Shown here: positions 52,783-62,953 of the stretch, in pieces
How positions within the stretch are numbered: the stretch's first letter is position 1
Layout of the letters: each line of letters starts with the position of its first letter
Source of the DNA: Planctomycetota bacterium
GTDB lineage: Bacteria; Planctomycetota; UBA1135; UBA2386
NCBI GenBank assembly: GCA_947501605.1
Contig: CANMWZ010000020.1
Coordinates: 1 to 64,000, forward strand
Direction of reading: 5' to 3'
DNA length: 64,000 bases
Program-made: the position numbers and the translations under genes
Notes under the pieces: generated by a model
What the model saw: the letters and a program-made list of their open reading frames with translations, nothing else
What the model was told of the DNA's origin: nothing
Database searches by the model: none

Positions 52783-55700
52783 TCGCGCGCATCGTCGAGC
52801 TCTCGGTCAAGAACCGCGCGCTGGTGCTGATGTGCACGGCGGCACTGCTGGTGTTTGGCGTCTGGGGTCTGCGCAACGTCCGACTCGATGCGATCCCCGA
52901 TCTGTCCGACGTCCAGGTCATCGTGACCACGGAGTACGAAGGCCAGAACCCGCAAGTCGTCGACGACCAAGTCACGTATCCGCTGTCGAGCGCATTGCTC
53001 GCAGTGCCGGGCGCAACCTATGTGCGCGGCCTGTCGATGTTCGAGCAGTCGTTCGTCTACGTGCTGTTCGAGGACGGCACCGACATCTACTGGGCACGCA
53101 GCCGCGTACTCGAGTACCTCTCGACGCTGCGCGATCGCCTGCCCGATGGCGTCGAACCCAAGCTCGGGCCCGACGCGACGGGCGTCGGCTGGGTCTACCA
53201 ATACGCGCTGAAGAGCGATCGCCATGACCTCGCCCAACTGCGCGCGCTGCAGGACTACTACCTTCGCTATCCCCTGTCGGCGGTCGAGGGTGTCGCCGAG
53301 ATTGCGAGCTTCGGCGGCTTCGTCAAGCAGTACCAGGTCACGCTCGATCAAGAACGGCTCTACGCCTACGGCCTCACGCTCGACGCCGTCGTGACGGCAA
53401 TCCGCGCCAGCAACGACGACGTCGGTGGCTCAGTCATCGAACGCGGCGAACAGGAGTACATGGTGCGTTCGCGCGGCTACCTCAAAGGTCTCGACGACTT
53501 GCGGCTCGTGCCCGTGGGCCTTGGCAAGAACGGTGCGCCAGTGCTCTTGGCCGACGTCGCCAACCTCGCGATCGGCGGCGAGGCCCGACGCAGCGTCGGC
53601 GAACTCGACGGCGCGGGCGAGGCCGTCGGCGGCATCGTCGTCGCGCGGTTTGGTGCCAATGCCTACCAAGTGATCCAGGACGTCAAGCAACGGCTGTCCG
53701 ACTTGAAGGCTGGCCTACCCGCAGGCGTGACCATCGTCGAGACCTACGATCGATCGCTGGTCATCGGCCGCGCCGTCGACACGCTGACCGAAGCGGTGTT
53801 CGAAGAACTACTGGTCACCGGCGCCATCTGCCTGCTGTTTCTGCTGCATGTGCGCTCGGCCCTGGTCGCGATCCTCGTGCTGCCAATCGGGCTACTGGTC
53901 TCGATCCTGCTGATGACGCTGTTCGGCATCAACGCCAACATCATGTCGATCGGCGGACTCGCACTCGCGATCGGCGTGATGGTCGACAGCGGCGTCGTGC
54001 TGGTCGAGAACGCGCACAAGCACATCTTTGCTGCCAGGCTCGCGTTCGAGCGCGACGGCACGCCGATGCCAAAACAACAGGACCTGGTCCTCGCCGCAGC
54101 CCGCGAAGTAGCGCCGAGTCTGTTCAGCTCGCTGCTGGTCATCACCGTCAGCTTCCTCCCGATCTTCACGCTCGGCGGCGAATCGGCGCGCATGTTCACG
54201 CCGCTGGCGTGGACCAAGACCTTTGCGATCGCGGCCGGGGCAATCCTCGGCATCACGGTCGTGCCGGCACTGATGGTCACGCTGGTCCGCGGCCGCATCC
54301 CGCGCGAGGACAGAAACCCGATCCAGCGCATCAGCGAAGCGCTCTACGAGCCGTTCTTCTGGCTGTGCCTCAAGCACCCGTGGGCCACGCTGATCTCGGT
54401 GCTCCTGCTCGGGGCCTCGACGATCTACCCGATCCGCGCCATCGGTTCCGAGTTCATGCCCAAGCTCGACGAGGGCGATTTGCTCTACATGCCGACGACT
54501 GCCGCCAGCGTCAGCGTTGGCAAAGCCCGCGAAGTGCTGCAGCAGACCGACAAGTTGATTCACCTCGTGCCGGAGGTTCGCAGTGTGCACGGCAAGATCG
54601 GCCGCGCCGAGACCGCGACCGACCCGGCACCGCTGTCGATGATCGAGACTGTCGTTCAGCTCGAACCAGACCGCACCAAATGGCGTACGCGCACGGTGCC
54701 GCGGGACTATGACGATTGGCCGGCCTTCCTCGACTGGAGCAAGGACCTGCTCGCGATGGTCATGCCGCGCTCGCGGCCGATCACGATGGAGGAACTGAAG
54801 TACGGCTGGACCGACGCCGATGGCACACAACACCAAGGCCTCGATGCAATCGTCGAACTGCCAGGCATGGCCAACGCTTGGCCGTACCCGATCGAGAACC
54901 GCCTCAACATGCTGGCGACCGGCATCAAGACGCCGGTTGGCATCAAGCTCTACGGCGATGACCTCGCCGAGTTGAACGCGCTGGCGCAGCGCACCGCGGC
55001 AGCACTGCAGCCCGACGCCGCCGGCGCGACCCCCGTTCGCGGCACGCGCAGCGTCTTCGTCGACGACAACGTTGGCGGCCTCTACCTCGACATCACCGTC
55101 GACCGCGCCCGCAGCTCGCGCCACGGGCTGACCGTCGCCGCGGTGCAGGACGTGATCCGGACGGCCATCGGTGGCATGGCGGTCGGCACCGCCGTCGAGG
55201 GCACGGGACGCTTCCCGATCAACGTTCGCTATGCCCGCGAGCTGCGCGACGACCCGGACGCGTTGGCGCAGGTATTGGTCGATGCGCCGACCGGTGCGCG
55301 CGTCCCGCTCGGCGAGCTCTGCACGATCGCGGTGGCCGAAGGTGCACCGATGTTGCGCAGCGAGAACGCCCAACGAACGGTCTGGGTCTATGTCGACGTC
55401 GACGGGCGCGACCTCGGCGGCTTCGTGCGGCAAGCACGCGCGCTGATTGACGAGAAGGTACCGCTGCCTCCGGGCTACAGCCGGAGCTGGGCCGGCACAT
55501 TCGAGTACTTGGAAGAGACCGAAGAGCGCCTGCGACTGGTGTTGCCGCTGACCCTGGCGCTGATCGTGCTGTTGCTCTACCTCGCGTCAGGATCGTGGTT
55601 CCGCGTCGCGGTGATCCTGCTGGCTGTGCCGTTCTCCTTGATCGGTGCGTTCTGGTTCCTGTGGGCGCTCGACTACGACATGAGCCTTGCTGTCTGGGTC

Positions 55701-56081
55701 GGGATCATCGCGCTGCTCGGCGTCGACGCCGAGACCGGGCAGATGATGCTGCTCTACCTCGACTCCGAGTACGACCGCGCGAAGGACGAAGGCCGCCTCC
55801 GCAGCGCGCGCGAACTGCGCATCGCCATCCACCACGGCGCCGTGAAGCGCATCCGTCCGAAGACCATGACGGTAGCGACCGACATGATTGGCTTGCTGCC
55901 GCTGCTGTGGGCCACGGGCACCGGCGCCGACGTCACGCGGCGGCTCGTCGCGCCATTGATCGGCGGCATCACCGTGAGCTTCTTGATGGAGCTCTTGGTC
56001 TACCCCGTGATCTTCTACCTGTGGAAACGGCGCGAGTTGACGCAGTCGATGGGCACGGCGCTGCCAGAGGAAGTCGGATGA
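52779..56081 (+). CDS. cusA: CusA family Cu(I)/Ag(I) efflux RND permease
   Basis: DAIPDLSDVQVI, LGPDATGVGWVYQY, Met triad equivalents LLYMPT / PLSMIET / RLNMLATG, VMVD..ENA, RPKTMT. Confidence 0.96.
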   Translation: MIARIVELSVKNRALVLMCTAALLVFGVWGLRNVRLDAIPDLSDVQVIVTTEYEGQNPQVVDDQVTYPLSSALLAVPGATYVRGLSMFEQSFVYVLFEDGTDIYWARSRVLEYLSTLRDRLPDGVEPKLGPDATGVGWVYQYALKSDRHDLAQLRALQDYYLRYPLSAVEGVAEIASFGGFVKQYQVTLDQERLYAYGLTLDAVVTAIRASNDDVGGSVIERGEQEYMVRSRGYLKGLDDLRLVPVGLGKNGAPVLLADVANLAIGGEARRSVGELDGAGEAVGGIVVARFGANAYQVIQDVKQRLSDLKAGLPAGVTIVETYDRSLVIGRAVDTLTEAVFEELLVTGAICLLFLLHVRSALVAILVLPIGLLVSILLMTLFGINANIMSIGGLALAIGVMVDSGVVLVENAHKHIFAARLAFERDGTPMPKQQDLVLAAAREVAPSLFSSLLVITVSFLPIFTLGGESARMFTPLAWTKTFAIAAGAILGITVVPALMVTLVRGRIPREDRNPIQRISEALYEPFFWLCLKHPWATLISVLLLGASTIYPIRAIGSEFMPKLDEGDLLYMPTTAASVSVGKAREVLQQTDKLIHLVPEVRSVHGKIGRAETATDPAPLSMIETVVQLEPDRTKWRTRTVPRDYDDWPAFLDWSKDLLAMVMPRSRPITMEELKYGWTDADGTQHQGLDAIVELPGMANAWPYPIENRLNMLATGIKTPVGIKLYGDDLAELNALAQRTAAALQPDAAGATPVRGTRSVFVDDNVGGLYLDITVDRARSSRHGLTVAAVQDVIRTAIGGMAVGTAVEGTGRFPINVRYARELRDDPDALAQVLVDAPTGARVPLGELCTIAVAEGAPMLRSENAQRTVWVYVDVDGRDLGGFVRQARALIDEKVPLPPGYSRSWAGTFEYLEETEERLRLVLPLTLALIVLLLYLASGSWFRVAVILLAVPFSLIGAFWFLWALDYDMSLAVWVGIIALLGVDAETGQMMLLYLDSEYDRAKDEGRLRSARELRIAIHHGAVKRIRPKTMTVATDMIGLLPLLWATGTGADVTRRLVAPLIGGITVSFLMELLVYPVIFYLWKRRELTQSMGTALPEEVG

Positions 56082-57451
56082 TCCACCGCACCCACGTCTC
56101 TCGCTTCCTCTGGTTGGCCGTGCTCAGTGCCTGCTCGGTGTCGATCGACGGCGAGCAGGCAGAGCGCGACCGCGCCAAGACTCTCGGGGCACGCTACGAG
56201 AAGCCGTTCGCCGATCGCGAACTGCCACCGCTGCAACCCGACTCGGACCTCGCCGCCTGGATCGCCCACGCCGAGAGCAGCAACGGCGAACTCGAAGCGG
56301 CCTACTACGAGTGGCTCGCAGCGATCGAGGAAGTGCCGCAGGCCGCGACCCAGGACACCACCGCGATGATCGGGCTCGAGCACACGCTTGACGGCGGCAG
56401 CGCCCTCGACCGCACGGGCCTCATGCTGATGACCGACACGATGGCCAATTGGGTATTGCCAGGCCGCCTGCGCGATCGCGGCCATGCGGCGCTGCTGCGC
56501 GCGCGCGCGGCGGGGTCGGTGTTCGTGACCCGCCGGCTCGCACTCCAACGCGAAGTTGCCGAACGCAGCATCGAGTTGGCGATGCGCGACCGGGAGATCG
56601 AACTGCAAGAGCGCCTGTTGCGTTCGCTCGGAGTCGCCGCCGCATCGGCACGAGCGCAGGTGCAGAGCGGACAGGCGTCACAACGCGAGTCGGTGACGGC
56701 AGAGACCGAGCAACTGCGCGCGCAAGCAATGCTGGTGCAGTTGCGCCAGGGCCGCCCGGCGTTGGTCGCGGAGTTGCTGGCGACGGCGGGTGTCGCAATG
56801 CCGAGTGCGCTCGACCCCGCGCCGTCGCTACCGGAGCTCGCCCCGTTACGCGCCGAAGAACTCGCGACGCTCGATGCCGCGATCGCACACAACCCGTCGC
56901 TGCTCGAAGCGCGCGCGCGCCACGAGGCCGTGCTGGCACAGATCACGGCCGACGAATGGGAGCACATGCCGCAGTTCTCACTCCGTTCGCTGTTGATGGG
57001 CGATGGCACGGCGATGCTCCAGCCAGCGATGACGCTGCCCTTCCTGCGCGACCACGCAATCTCAGCCAAGCTGCGCGCGTCACGTGCCGCCGCCGACGGC
57101 GCCGCGGCAATGCTGCGGCAAGAGGGCCTCGACGCCGCCGCCACCATCCTGGCCGAGCGAGCGCGCCACGACGCGGCCGTCGCCGAAGCCGCAGTGCTCC
57201 GCGACCAGGTGCTGCCCCGTCTGCAGCGCACGGCTCTGGTCGCGCGCGGCGAGTGGACAGCCAGTCGCGCGCAGCTACGTGACTGGCTCGAAATCGACAA
57301 CACCGCGACCGCGGTCGAGCTCGAACTCGTGCGCTTGCAAGGAACCGCAGCGATCACTCGCGCCCGCCTACTGGCCGCACTCGGGTCTGCGCTGACGGCG
57401 CCGCTGGAGGCAACCACAGCGGAGAGTTTGCCGACCGGCGTCGTGCGCTAG
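56078..57451 (+). CDS. cusC: TolC/CusC family outer-membrane efflux lipoprotein
   Basis: Lipobox WLAVLSA-C, A..SNGELEAA and AIAHNPSL repeats, coiled-coil helices; ATG overlaps the cusA stop. Confidence 0.8.
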   Translation: MIHRTHVSRFLWLAVLSACSVSIDGEQAERDRAKTLGARYEKPFADRELPPLQPDSDLAAWIAHAESSNGELEAAYYEWLAAIEEVPQAATQDTTAMIGLEHTLDGGSALDRTGLMLMTDTMANWVLPGRLRDRGHAALLRARAAGSVFVTRRLALQREVAERSIELAMRDREIELQERLLRSLGVAAASARAQVQSGQASQRESVTAETEQLRAQAMLVQLRQGRPALVAELLATAGVAMPSALDPAPSLPELAPLRAEELATLDAAIAHNPSLLEARARHEAVLAQITADEWEHMPQFSLRSLLMGDGTAMLQPAMTLPFLRDHAISAKLRASRAAADGAAAMLRQEGLDAAATILAERARHDAAVAEAAVLRDQVLPRLQRTALVARGEWTASRAQLRDWLEIDNTATAVELELVRLQGTAAITRARLLAALGSALTAPLEATTAESLPTGVVR

Positions 57452-57689
57452 GAGTGGCTGTCGAGGGGGCCTGTGCCCGAGGCCGCGCCACGGCGGCCGC
57501 GGGCAAGTAGCGGACTGGTAGCGGAATCTGGCGGGTCCACGACGAGTCTCCGGCGCCGGCCCGATCGTCGAGGCCGAGCGCAGCCGCTGGCGCGCTCTGA
57601 AGCCACTCGCAGGAGCTCCGTTGACTCGATGCCGGCCGCAGCCGAGCATCGCCGCCTTCGGACCTTCCTTACGGAACCAAAGATCTGCC

Positions 57690-58754
57690 ATGCAAACTCG
57701 ACGCCTGCTCGCCCTCTCCGCCTTCGTCTGTCTGCCGCTCGCACTCGCGATCGCCCAAGAGCCAACGGCGCCGCAGCCGAGCAAGGAACAGACGATGCTG
57801 AACCCGTGGATCGGTCATTGGGACGTGACCGCGACCAACTTCGAAGGGCCAGAACCGGTGGCGATGCACGCCGTGGAGGAGACGACCGCCGTCTGCGGCG
57901 GACTGTGGCTGCGGGCCAAGGTCACCGGCACGGACTTCCCGTTCAGCGGCACCGGGTTCACCGGTTGGGACAGCACCCGCAATGAGTATGTCGGCGTCTG
58001 GGTCGACTCGATGTCGGCAACGCCGTGGACGTCGCACGGCAAGCACGATGCCAAGACCGGCGGGTTCACCTTCGACGGCCTGATGCCGTCGCCAGAAGGC
58101 GCGCGCACGACGTGGACGACGATGGAGTTTCCGAACGCGGACACGCGCGTCGAGACGACCCACATCGTCGACAAGGACGGCAAGAAGACGAAGTTCATGG
58201 AGCTCCGCGCCACACGCCAGAAGGACACCAAGACCGCACCGGCATCGGCGAAGAAGGCGGACTCGGTCGCCACAGACATGCCCAACCCGCACGATCCGAT
58301 GCACCAGCACTTGGCGCCCTTCGCCGGCTCGTGGAAGTCGACGACGAAGATGAGCGCACCGGGCATGCCCGAGATGCCGCCGAGCGCGATGGCCTCGGAG
58401 GATGTCATGGTCTGCGACGATCTGTGGCTGCTGACGCACGCGACCGGCGAGTTCTCTGGCATGGCGTTCGAGGGCTTTGGCCTCACGGGCTACGACCCGA
58501 CACAGAAGAAGTTCGTCAGCTTCTGGGTCGACAACTTTGCTGCTTACCTCATGCAATCGACGGGCACGTGCGACAAGAGCGGCTCCGCATTCACGATGAG
58601 CGGGGCAAGCATCGACATGATGGGCAAGCCGGGCACGACCATCGACACCACGAAGTGGGACAGCAAAGACCACTACGTGCGGACCATGGTGTCGACGGGC
58701 AAGGATGGCAAAGACGCAGGCACGATGATCCTCGAGTGCACGCGCTCGAAGTGA
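57690..58754 (+). CDS. Secreted protein with two tandem DUF1579-like beta-barrel domains, Met-rich
   Basis: Internal duplication IGHW..CGGLWL..GFTGWD..YVGVWVDSM versus AGSW..CDDLWL..GLTGYD..FVSFWVDNF; signal peptide. Confidence 0.8.
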   Translation: MQTRRLLALSAFVCLPLALAIAQEPTAPQPSKEQTMLNPWIGHWDVTATNFEGPEPVAMHAVEETTAVCGGLWLRAKVTGTDFPFSGTGFTGWDSTRNEYVGVWVDSMSATPWTSHGKHDAKTGGFTFDGLMPSPEGARTTWTTMEFPNADTRVETTHIVDKDGKKTKFMELRATRQKDTKTAPASAKKADSVATDMPNPHDPMHQHLAPFAGSWKSTTKMSAPGMPEMPPSAMASEDVMVCDDLWLLTHATGEFSGMAFEGFGLTGYDPTQKKFVSFWVDNFAAYLMQSTGTCDKSGSAFTMSGASIDMMGKPGTTIDTTKWDSKDHYVRTMVSTGKDGKDAGTMILECTRSK

Positions 58755-59001
58755 GCGCGACCCACTCGTAGGTTTCGGCGCCTCCGGCGCGGGCCCGCGC
58801 CACGGTTGTCGTGCGCGAGGCCACGACACGGCGGCGGCAGCCGCTGGCACGCTGGCAACCACGTCTAGCCAATCGCCGCGCGCCGCCCCGCAATACCAAT
58901 GCGGTGCGCCTCAGGCGCGAACCTCGTCGAGCGCATCTGCGCGCCATTGGCACAAGGTGCCCCCCTGTGCGGATTCGCAATCGCTCCTAGGCTCTGCAGC
59001 C

Positions 59002-59418
59002 ATGAGCACCTTCCGCACCACACGACTTCGTCGCACGCCCCCGCCATCGGGCGATCCGTGCCAACTCTTGCGCAGTTACTCCTGCGACCTTGCCGAGGCC
59101 GCGCGCGATGTGGTGACACGGTGCCGAGGTGCGCGCGTGTGCGGCTTGATCGTGGCGCCTGGTGCGGTGCTTGGCACGACGTTGCGGGCGCTGTTGTGGC
59201 AGTGCCATGGTGAAGCCGACGAACGCGCGACCTGCGTCGGACTCGTGGAACTCAGCGCCTTGGCGGAACTGCTGCGTTCCAACGGATCGCTTCATGCGGT
59301 GATCGCCGCGATGCGCACCGTGCCGGAAAACGTGCTACCGATCGTCGTCGCGACCGCCACCGGTGTGCGCGTGAGTTCGGTCGCGTGCCGGGGAGTCGGC
59401 GCCGCGGCGAGCGCATAG
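59002..59418 (+). CDS. Hypothetical protein (138 aa)
   Basis: Only plausible ORF filling the gap on the + strand; no recognisable motif. Confidence 0.45.
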   Translation: MSTFRTTRLRRTPPPSGDPCQLLRSYSCDLAEAARDVVTRCRGARVCGLIVAPGAVLGTTLRALLWQCHGEADERATCVGLVELSALAELLRSNGSLHAVIAAMRTVPENVLPIVVATATGVRVSSVACRGVGAAASA

Positions 59419-59535
59419 ACCCTCGTCGCCGGCCGAACCCGTCACCGGGGTGCGGCGTTGCGAACGCAGCGATGCGACCGAGTTGGGGCATTCGGTCACG
59501 ACGACTGCTTGCTAACATTGCCACGCTTCCTCTGC

Positions 59536-62319
59536 ATGCGCGTCCCCACTCCGCTGAAGGCCCTGCTGCTGCTCGCCGCCCTTGCACTGGTAGCGATCGC
59601 GATGTTGGCACAAGGTGACGGCGCTCCGCCGCCACCCGTTGACGACGCCAACGTGAACGACGCCATCAGCCAAGGCAGCGACGCTTCGATCGCCGAGGCC
59701 AGCGCCACCACGGGCGAGCGCCTCGAAGTGGACGCCGATGTCGAACCTCCCGCACCAGAAGGGAGCGGGCGCATGGCGGTCGATGCGGACGACGACGAAC
59801 CGCCGCCGACGGAGGGCCCGCTGGTGCGCGTCGAACGCCGCGACGCGGCAGGCAAGCCGCAGCCAGCCGCCGACGTGGAAGTCGCGTGGGTATTGCTCGA
59901 GGAAGGCAATCGCCGCGCCAGCGAGTTGCCCGCAGCCCAGCAACGACCGCGCGAAAGCGAGATGCCGCAGCAGTTCGGCCAGAAGGCACGGACTGGCAGC
60001 GACGGCACACTGCGGTTGCCGCCCTTGCTCGGCGACACCTGCGTGGCGGCCAGTGCGACCTTGCTGTTCGCCTACCAACGAGTCGAGCGCCGCCACAAAG
60101 AAGTCCGCCTGCTGCTCGAGCCGGACGAGACGTTGACGCTGCTCGTGATCGACGGTCAGGATCGCCGCCAGAAGCAAGTACCGCTGGCCCTGTCGTGGAC
60201 GGCGGAGAACGAGCCGCCGAATGCGTTCTGGCGCGGCCTCAGCGATGCCCGCGGCGAGGCGATCGTGCGCCACTTCCAACTGGTGCGACCCGGCGGCAAG
60301 AATGCGGAACGCTTCGTGGCCAGCATCGCCGCGCCACTGCAGGAACCCTCGGCCGTGGAGTTCGCGGCTCGCCCGGCGCCTGCCGATCCCGTTCGCCTGC
60401 AGCTGACGGCGACGCGTTCGCTCGCCGTCGCGATCCTCCATAGCCGCGGCGCGCCACTGTTGGCGCCGCTAGGCCTCACGCTGATCGCCGAGCGCAAGCT
60501 CGATCCCAAATGGGCCGCGATGCTGCCGCGCGGCTTTGACCGCCTGCGCGCCGACAAGCGACTGGGCCGCGAGCCGGCGCTGTTCGCGCACGTCGGCGTC
60601 GGCATGACGGTCCGCGCCTACGTGCGTTTGCCCAGCGAGGAGCGCCCGCGCGATCTCGGCCCCATTCCGATCCCGAGCGACGACAGTGGCCCGCTGACGG
60701 TGCAACTGCGCCTGCCCGACGACGTCCGCGTCATCGCCTTGCGCGCGACCGCGGCCGACGGTTCGCCGCTCGGCAATGCCGACTTGCCGTGGCAGCTGCG
60801 ACTGCCGCGCTCTCCCGGGCAGAGCGGCAACCTGCAGACGCTCGCCGACGGCAGCGGGGACTTCCTGGTGCCGAGCGAAGGCGACCCCAACGCCCCACTG
60901 TCAGCCGACCCGATGACCCTGGTGTTGCGCGAGACGATCGACCCGACGACCGTGCTCGGGGCCACTGTGCCGCTCTCCGTGCTGGTGCGCGGCGAACGCC
61001 GCGACCTCGGCACGGTCGCGATGAAGCCCGAGCCGTTGCTGGCGCGCGGCCGCGTCGTCGACGATCGCGGCGAGCCCCGCATCAACACCCGCGTGCACGT
61101 CGAGCTTGCCTTGCAAACCGACGACGGCGAACGCTGGAACCCGGCGCCGCATCTGCAGAAGCAAACCGCCGAAGATGGCACGTTCGCGTTTTTTGCCCCA
61201 GCACCAACGCAGCAGTTCCGTCTCGTGGCAGCGAGCGCTGGGGATCACTTCACCGGCCTCACGGGACCACTGTCGCCAGGCGCCGTGGTCCTACTGGTGC
61301 AGCCCCGCGCCGGCATCCTTCAGGGGCGCGTGATCCCGCCGCGGGATACCCCCGAGAACTCGATCACCCTTGCGCTCGTGCGCGAGGACCCCACGTCGCA
61401 GGAGCGGCGACCCACCCGCCCGAACTCGACCCCGATCCGTCGGCGCAACGGCTACTTCTGGCTCGGCAACCTGCAGCCCGGCCTCTACACCGCGACCGTC
61501 GCAATGCGCGGCTTGCCGTCGCCCTTGGCGACGTTCGCGTCGGTGCGCATCGACCCCGGGACCAACGAGGATGGGCGGCTGTCGCCGCTCGATCTCTCGT
61601 CCTCGCTCCACCGCTACCGCCTGCGCGCCGTCTCGCCGAATGGTCAGCCACTGACCGCGCTCGACGGCCCCATCCTGTGGCAGCACCAGCCAGCCGGTGC
61701 AGAAGGGCCGAACTTCGCAGCGTTCCGCTGGCAGCAGGGCAAAGCCGACTTCTTCTTGCCGGTGGCCTTCGCGGACTTCGTTCTGGTTGGTCAGGGCTTT
61801 GCCTCGACCTCCGTGGCTCTCGCCGCCGGCGAACGCGACGTGCTGCTGCAACCGATCACGCCCTACCCGATCGAACTCCCGGGCGTGCGGTCCCTCGCCG
61901 GACCCGTTCGCAGCATCCGCGTGTCGGCGGTGTTCACCGGCGAAACCGGGTTGCCGCAAGGCATCGGCGGCCAGGATCAACAGAAGGGCGAGGGGTTCTC
62001 GTTCCCTCGCTGGCAGCTCGGCAAGAGCGGCGGCGGTTGGCTCGACCGCGCCGATCGGACTGACCTCGTGGTCTCGCGCTCGGGACCGCACGAGCTGACG
62101 CTGCGACTCTACGAAGGCGAAGCTCGCGACGGGCGGCAGATGGCCATCCCGCTGGGCACCCACGAACTCCTGGTCGACGGCTCGGCGCTACGGCCACTCG
62201 TGCTGCCGGTCGACTTCGCACAGTTGCAGCAGGCGCTGCAGTCGCTGGCGCCGCGACCAGACCAAGGTCCGCGGATCACGCCGCAGCCGGGCCGCGACCC
62301 AAACCGCCGACGCGGTTGA
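59536..62319 (+). CDS. Large membrane-anchored or secreted protein with carboxypeptidase-regulatory-like beta-sandwich repeats
   Basis: N-terminal hydrophobic segment, acidic/Pro linker, units such as ARGRVVDDRGEP..TAEDGTF and NLQPGLY. Confidence 0.75.
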   Translation: MRVPTPLKALLLLAALALVAIAMLAQGDGAPPPPVDDANVNDAISQGSDASIAEASATTGERLEVDADVEPPAPEGSGRMAVDADDDEPPPTEGPLVRVERRDAAGKPQPAADVEVAWVLLEEGNRRASELPAAQQRPRESEMPQQFGQKARTGSDGTLRLPPLLGDTCVAASATLLFAYQRVERRHKEVRLLLEPDETLTLLVIDGQDRRQKQVPLALSWTAENEPPNAFWRGLSDARGEAIVRHFQLVRPGGKNAERFVASIAAPLQEPSAVEFAARPAPADPVRLQLTATRSLAVAILHSRGAPLLAPLGLTLIAERKLDPKWAAMLPRGFDRLRADKRLGREPALFAHVGVGMTVRAYVRLPSEERPRDLGPIPIPSDDSGPLTVQLRLPDDVRVIALRATAADGSPLGNADLPWQLRLPRSPGQSGNLQTLADGSGDFLVPSEGDPNAPLSADPMTLVLRETIDPTTVLGATVPLSVLVRGERRDLGTVAMKPEPLLARGRVVDDRGEPRINTRVHVELALQTDDGERWNPAPHLQKQTAEDGTFAFFAPAPTQQFRLVAASAGDHFTGLTGPLSPGAVVLLVQPRAGILQGRVIPPRDTPENSITLALVREDPTSQERRPTRPNSTPIRRRNGYFWLGNLQPGLYTATVAMRGLPSPLATFASVRIDPGTNEDGRLSPLDLSSSLHRYRLRAVSPNGQPLTALDGPILWQHQPAGAEGPNFAAFRWQQGKADFFLPVAFADFVLVGQGFASTSVALAAGERDVLLQPITPYPIELPGVRSLAGPVRSIRVSAVFTGETGLPQGIGGQDQQKGEGFSFPRWQLGKSGGGWLDRADRTDLVVSRSGPHELTLRLYEGEARDGRQMAIPLGTHELLVDGSALRPLVLPVDFAQLQQALQSLAPRPDQGPRITPQPGRDPNRRRG

Positions 62320-62393
62320 GACAGCGGACTCGCATCAGCCCGTCCCGCTCGCTAGTCTGCCCCCTCGCCGCAGGCAGGCTCGGCACCGCTACG

Positions 62394-62759
62394 ATGGCAA
62401 AGGCGCGCAACGACGACAACACGAAATTCCCCCCGGTGGTCGCGTGGCTCGGCCTCACCCTGGCGGTCGTGTTGTTCTTGAGCAACACCGTGCCGGCGGT
62501 GCGGGAACGCGCCGAGCTCCGGGCCACGGCCACGGACTTGCAGCAACTGCGGCAGCAGTATGACGCCGCCATCGCGCACGCCACGGCGGCGATGCCCGGC
62601 CCCAAGGGTGAGCAGGACTTGCAGTCCGTGCTGGTTGCCATCGATCGCATCGGCTGGACCCCGGCCGAGCTCCTGCGCTGCTATCCCGAACCAGTCGCCG
62701 AGACCATGGCCGTCGACGACCTCGACGCGCCGTCGAACGAGCCGCCGCAGGCGCGCTGA
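62394..62759 (+). CDS. Small bitopic membrane protein with coiled coil
   Basis: Short N-tail, TM VVAWLGLTLAVVLFL, heptad region VRERAELRATATDLQQLRQQY. Confidence 0.6.
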   Translation: MAKARNDDNTKFPPVVAWLGLTLAVVLFLSNTVPAVRERAELRATATDLQQLRQQYDAAIAHATAAMPGPKGEQDLQSVLVAIDRIGWTPAELLRCYPEPVAETMAVDDLDAPSNEPPQAR

Positions 62760-62953
62760 AGTCGGCCGCCGCCGCCCTCGCCGTTGCCGACGCAAGATGC
62801 TGTTGTGGCGGAGGAACTGACAAGAACGCTCGTCCTCCGGGCCCGCGCGATCGCTACGCTCCGCGGCCGACGTTCGCACGTTCTCTACTCGCTGCGTAGA
62901 GCGCCCTGCGGCGCGCCCGCGAACCGGCCGACCGACCCCTTCTCCAGAACACC

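Noticed and set aside
45354..57451. ABC and cus region as a mobile genomic island
   Set aside because: No integrase, transposase, tRNA target or flanking direct repeats are visible; only the cusA remnant hints at rearrangement.
58786..58801. 16-bp perfect palindrome GGCGCGGGCCCGCGCC after the DUF1579 gene
   Set aside because: GC-only in a high-GC genome, with no loop or U-tract; not distinguishable from chance.
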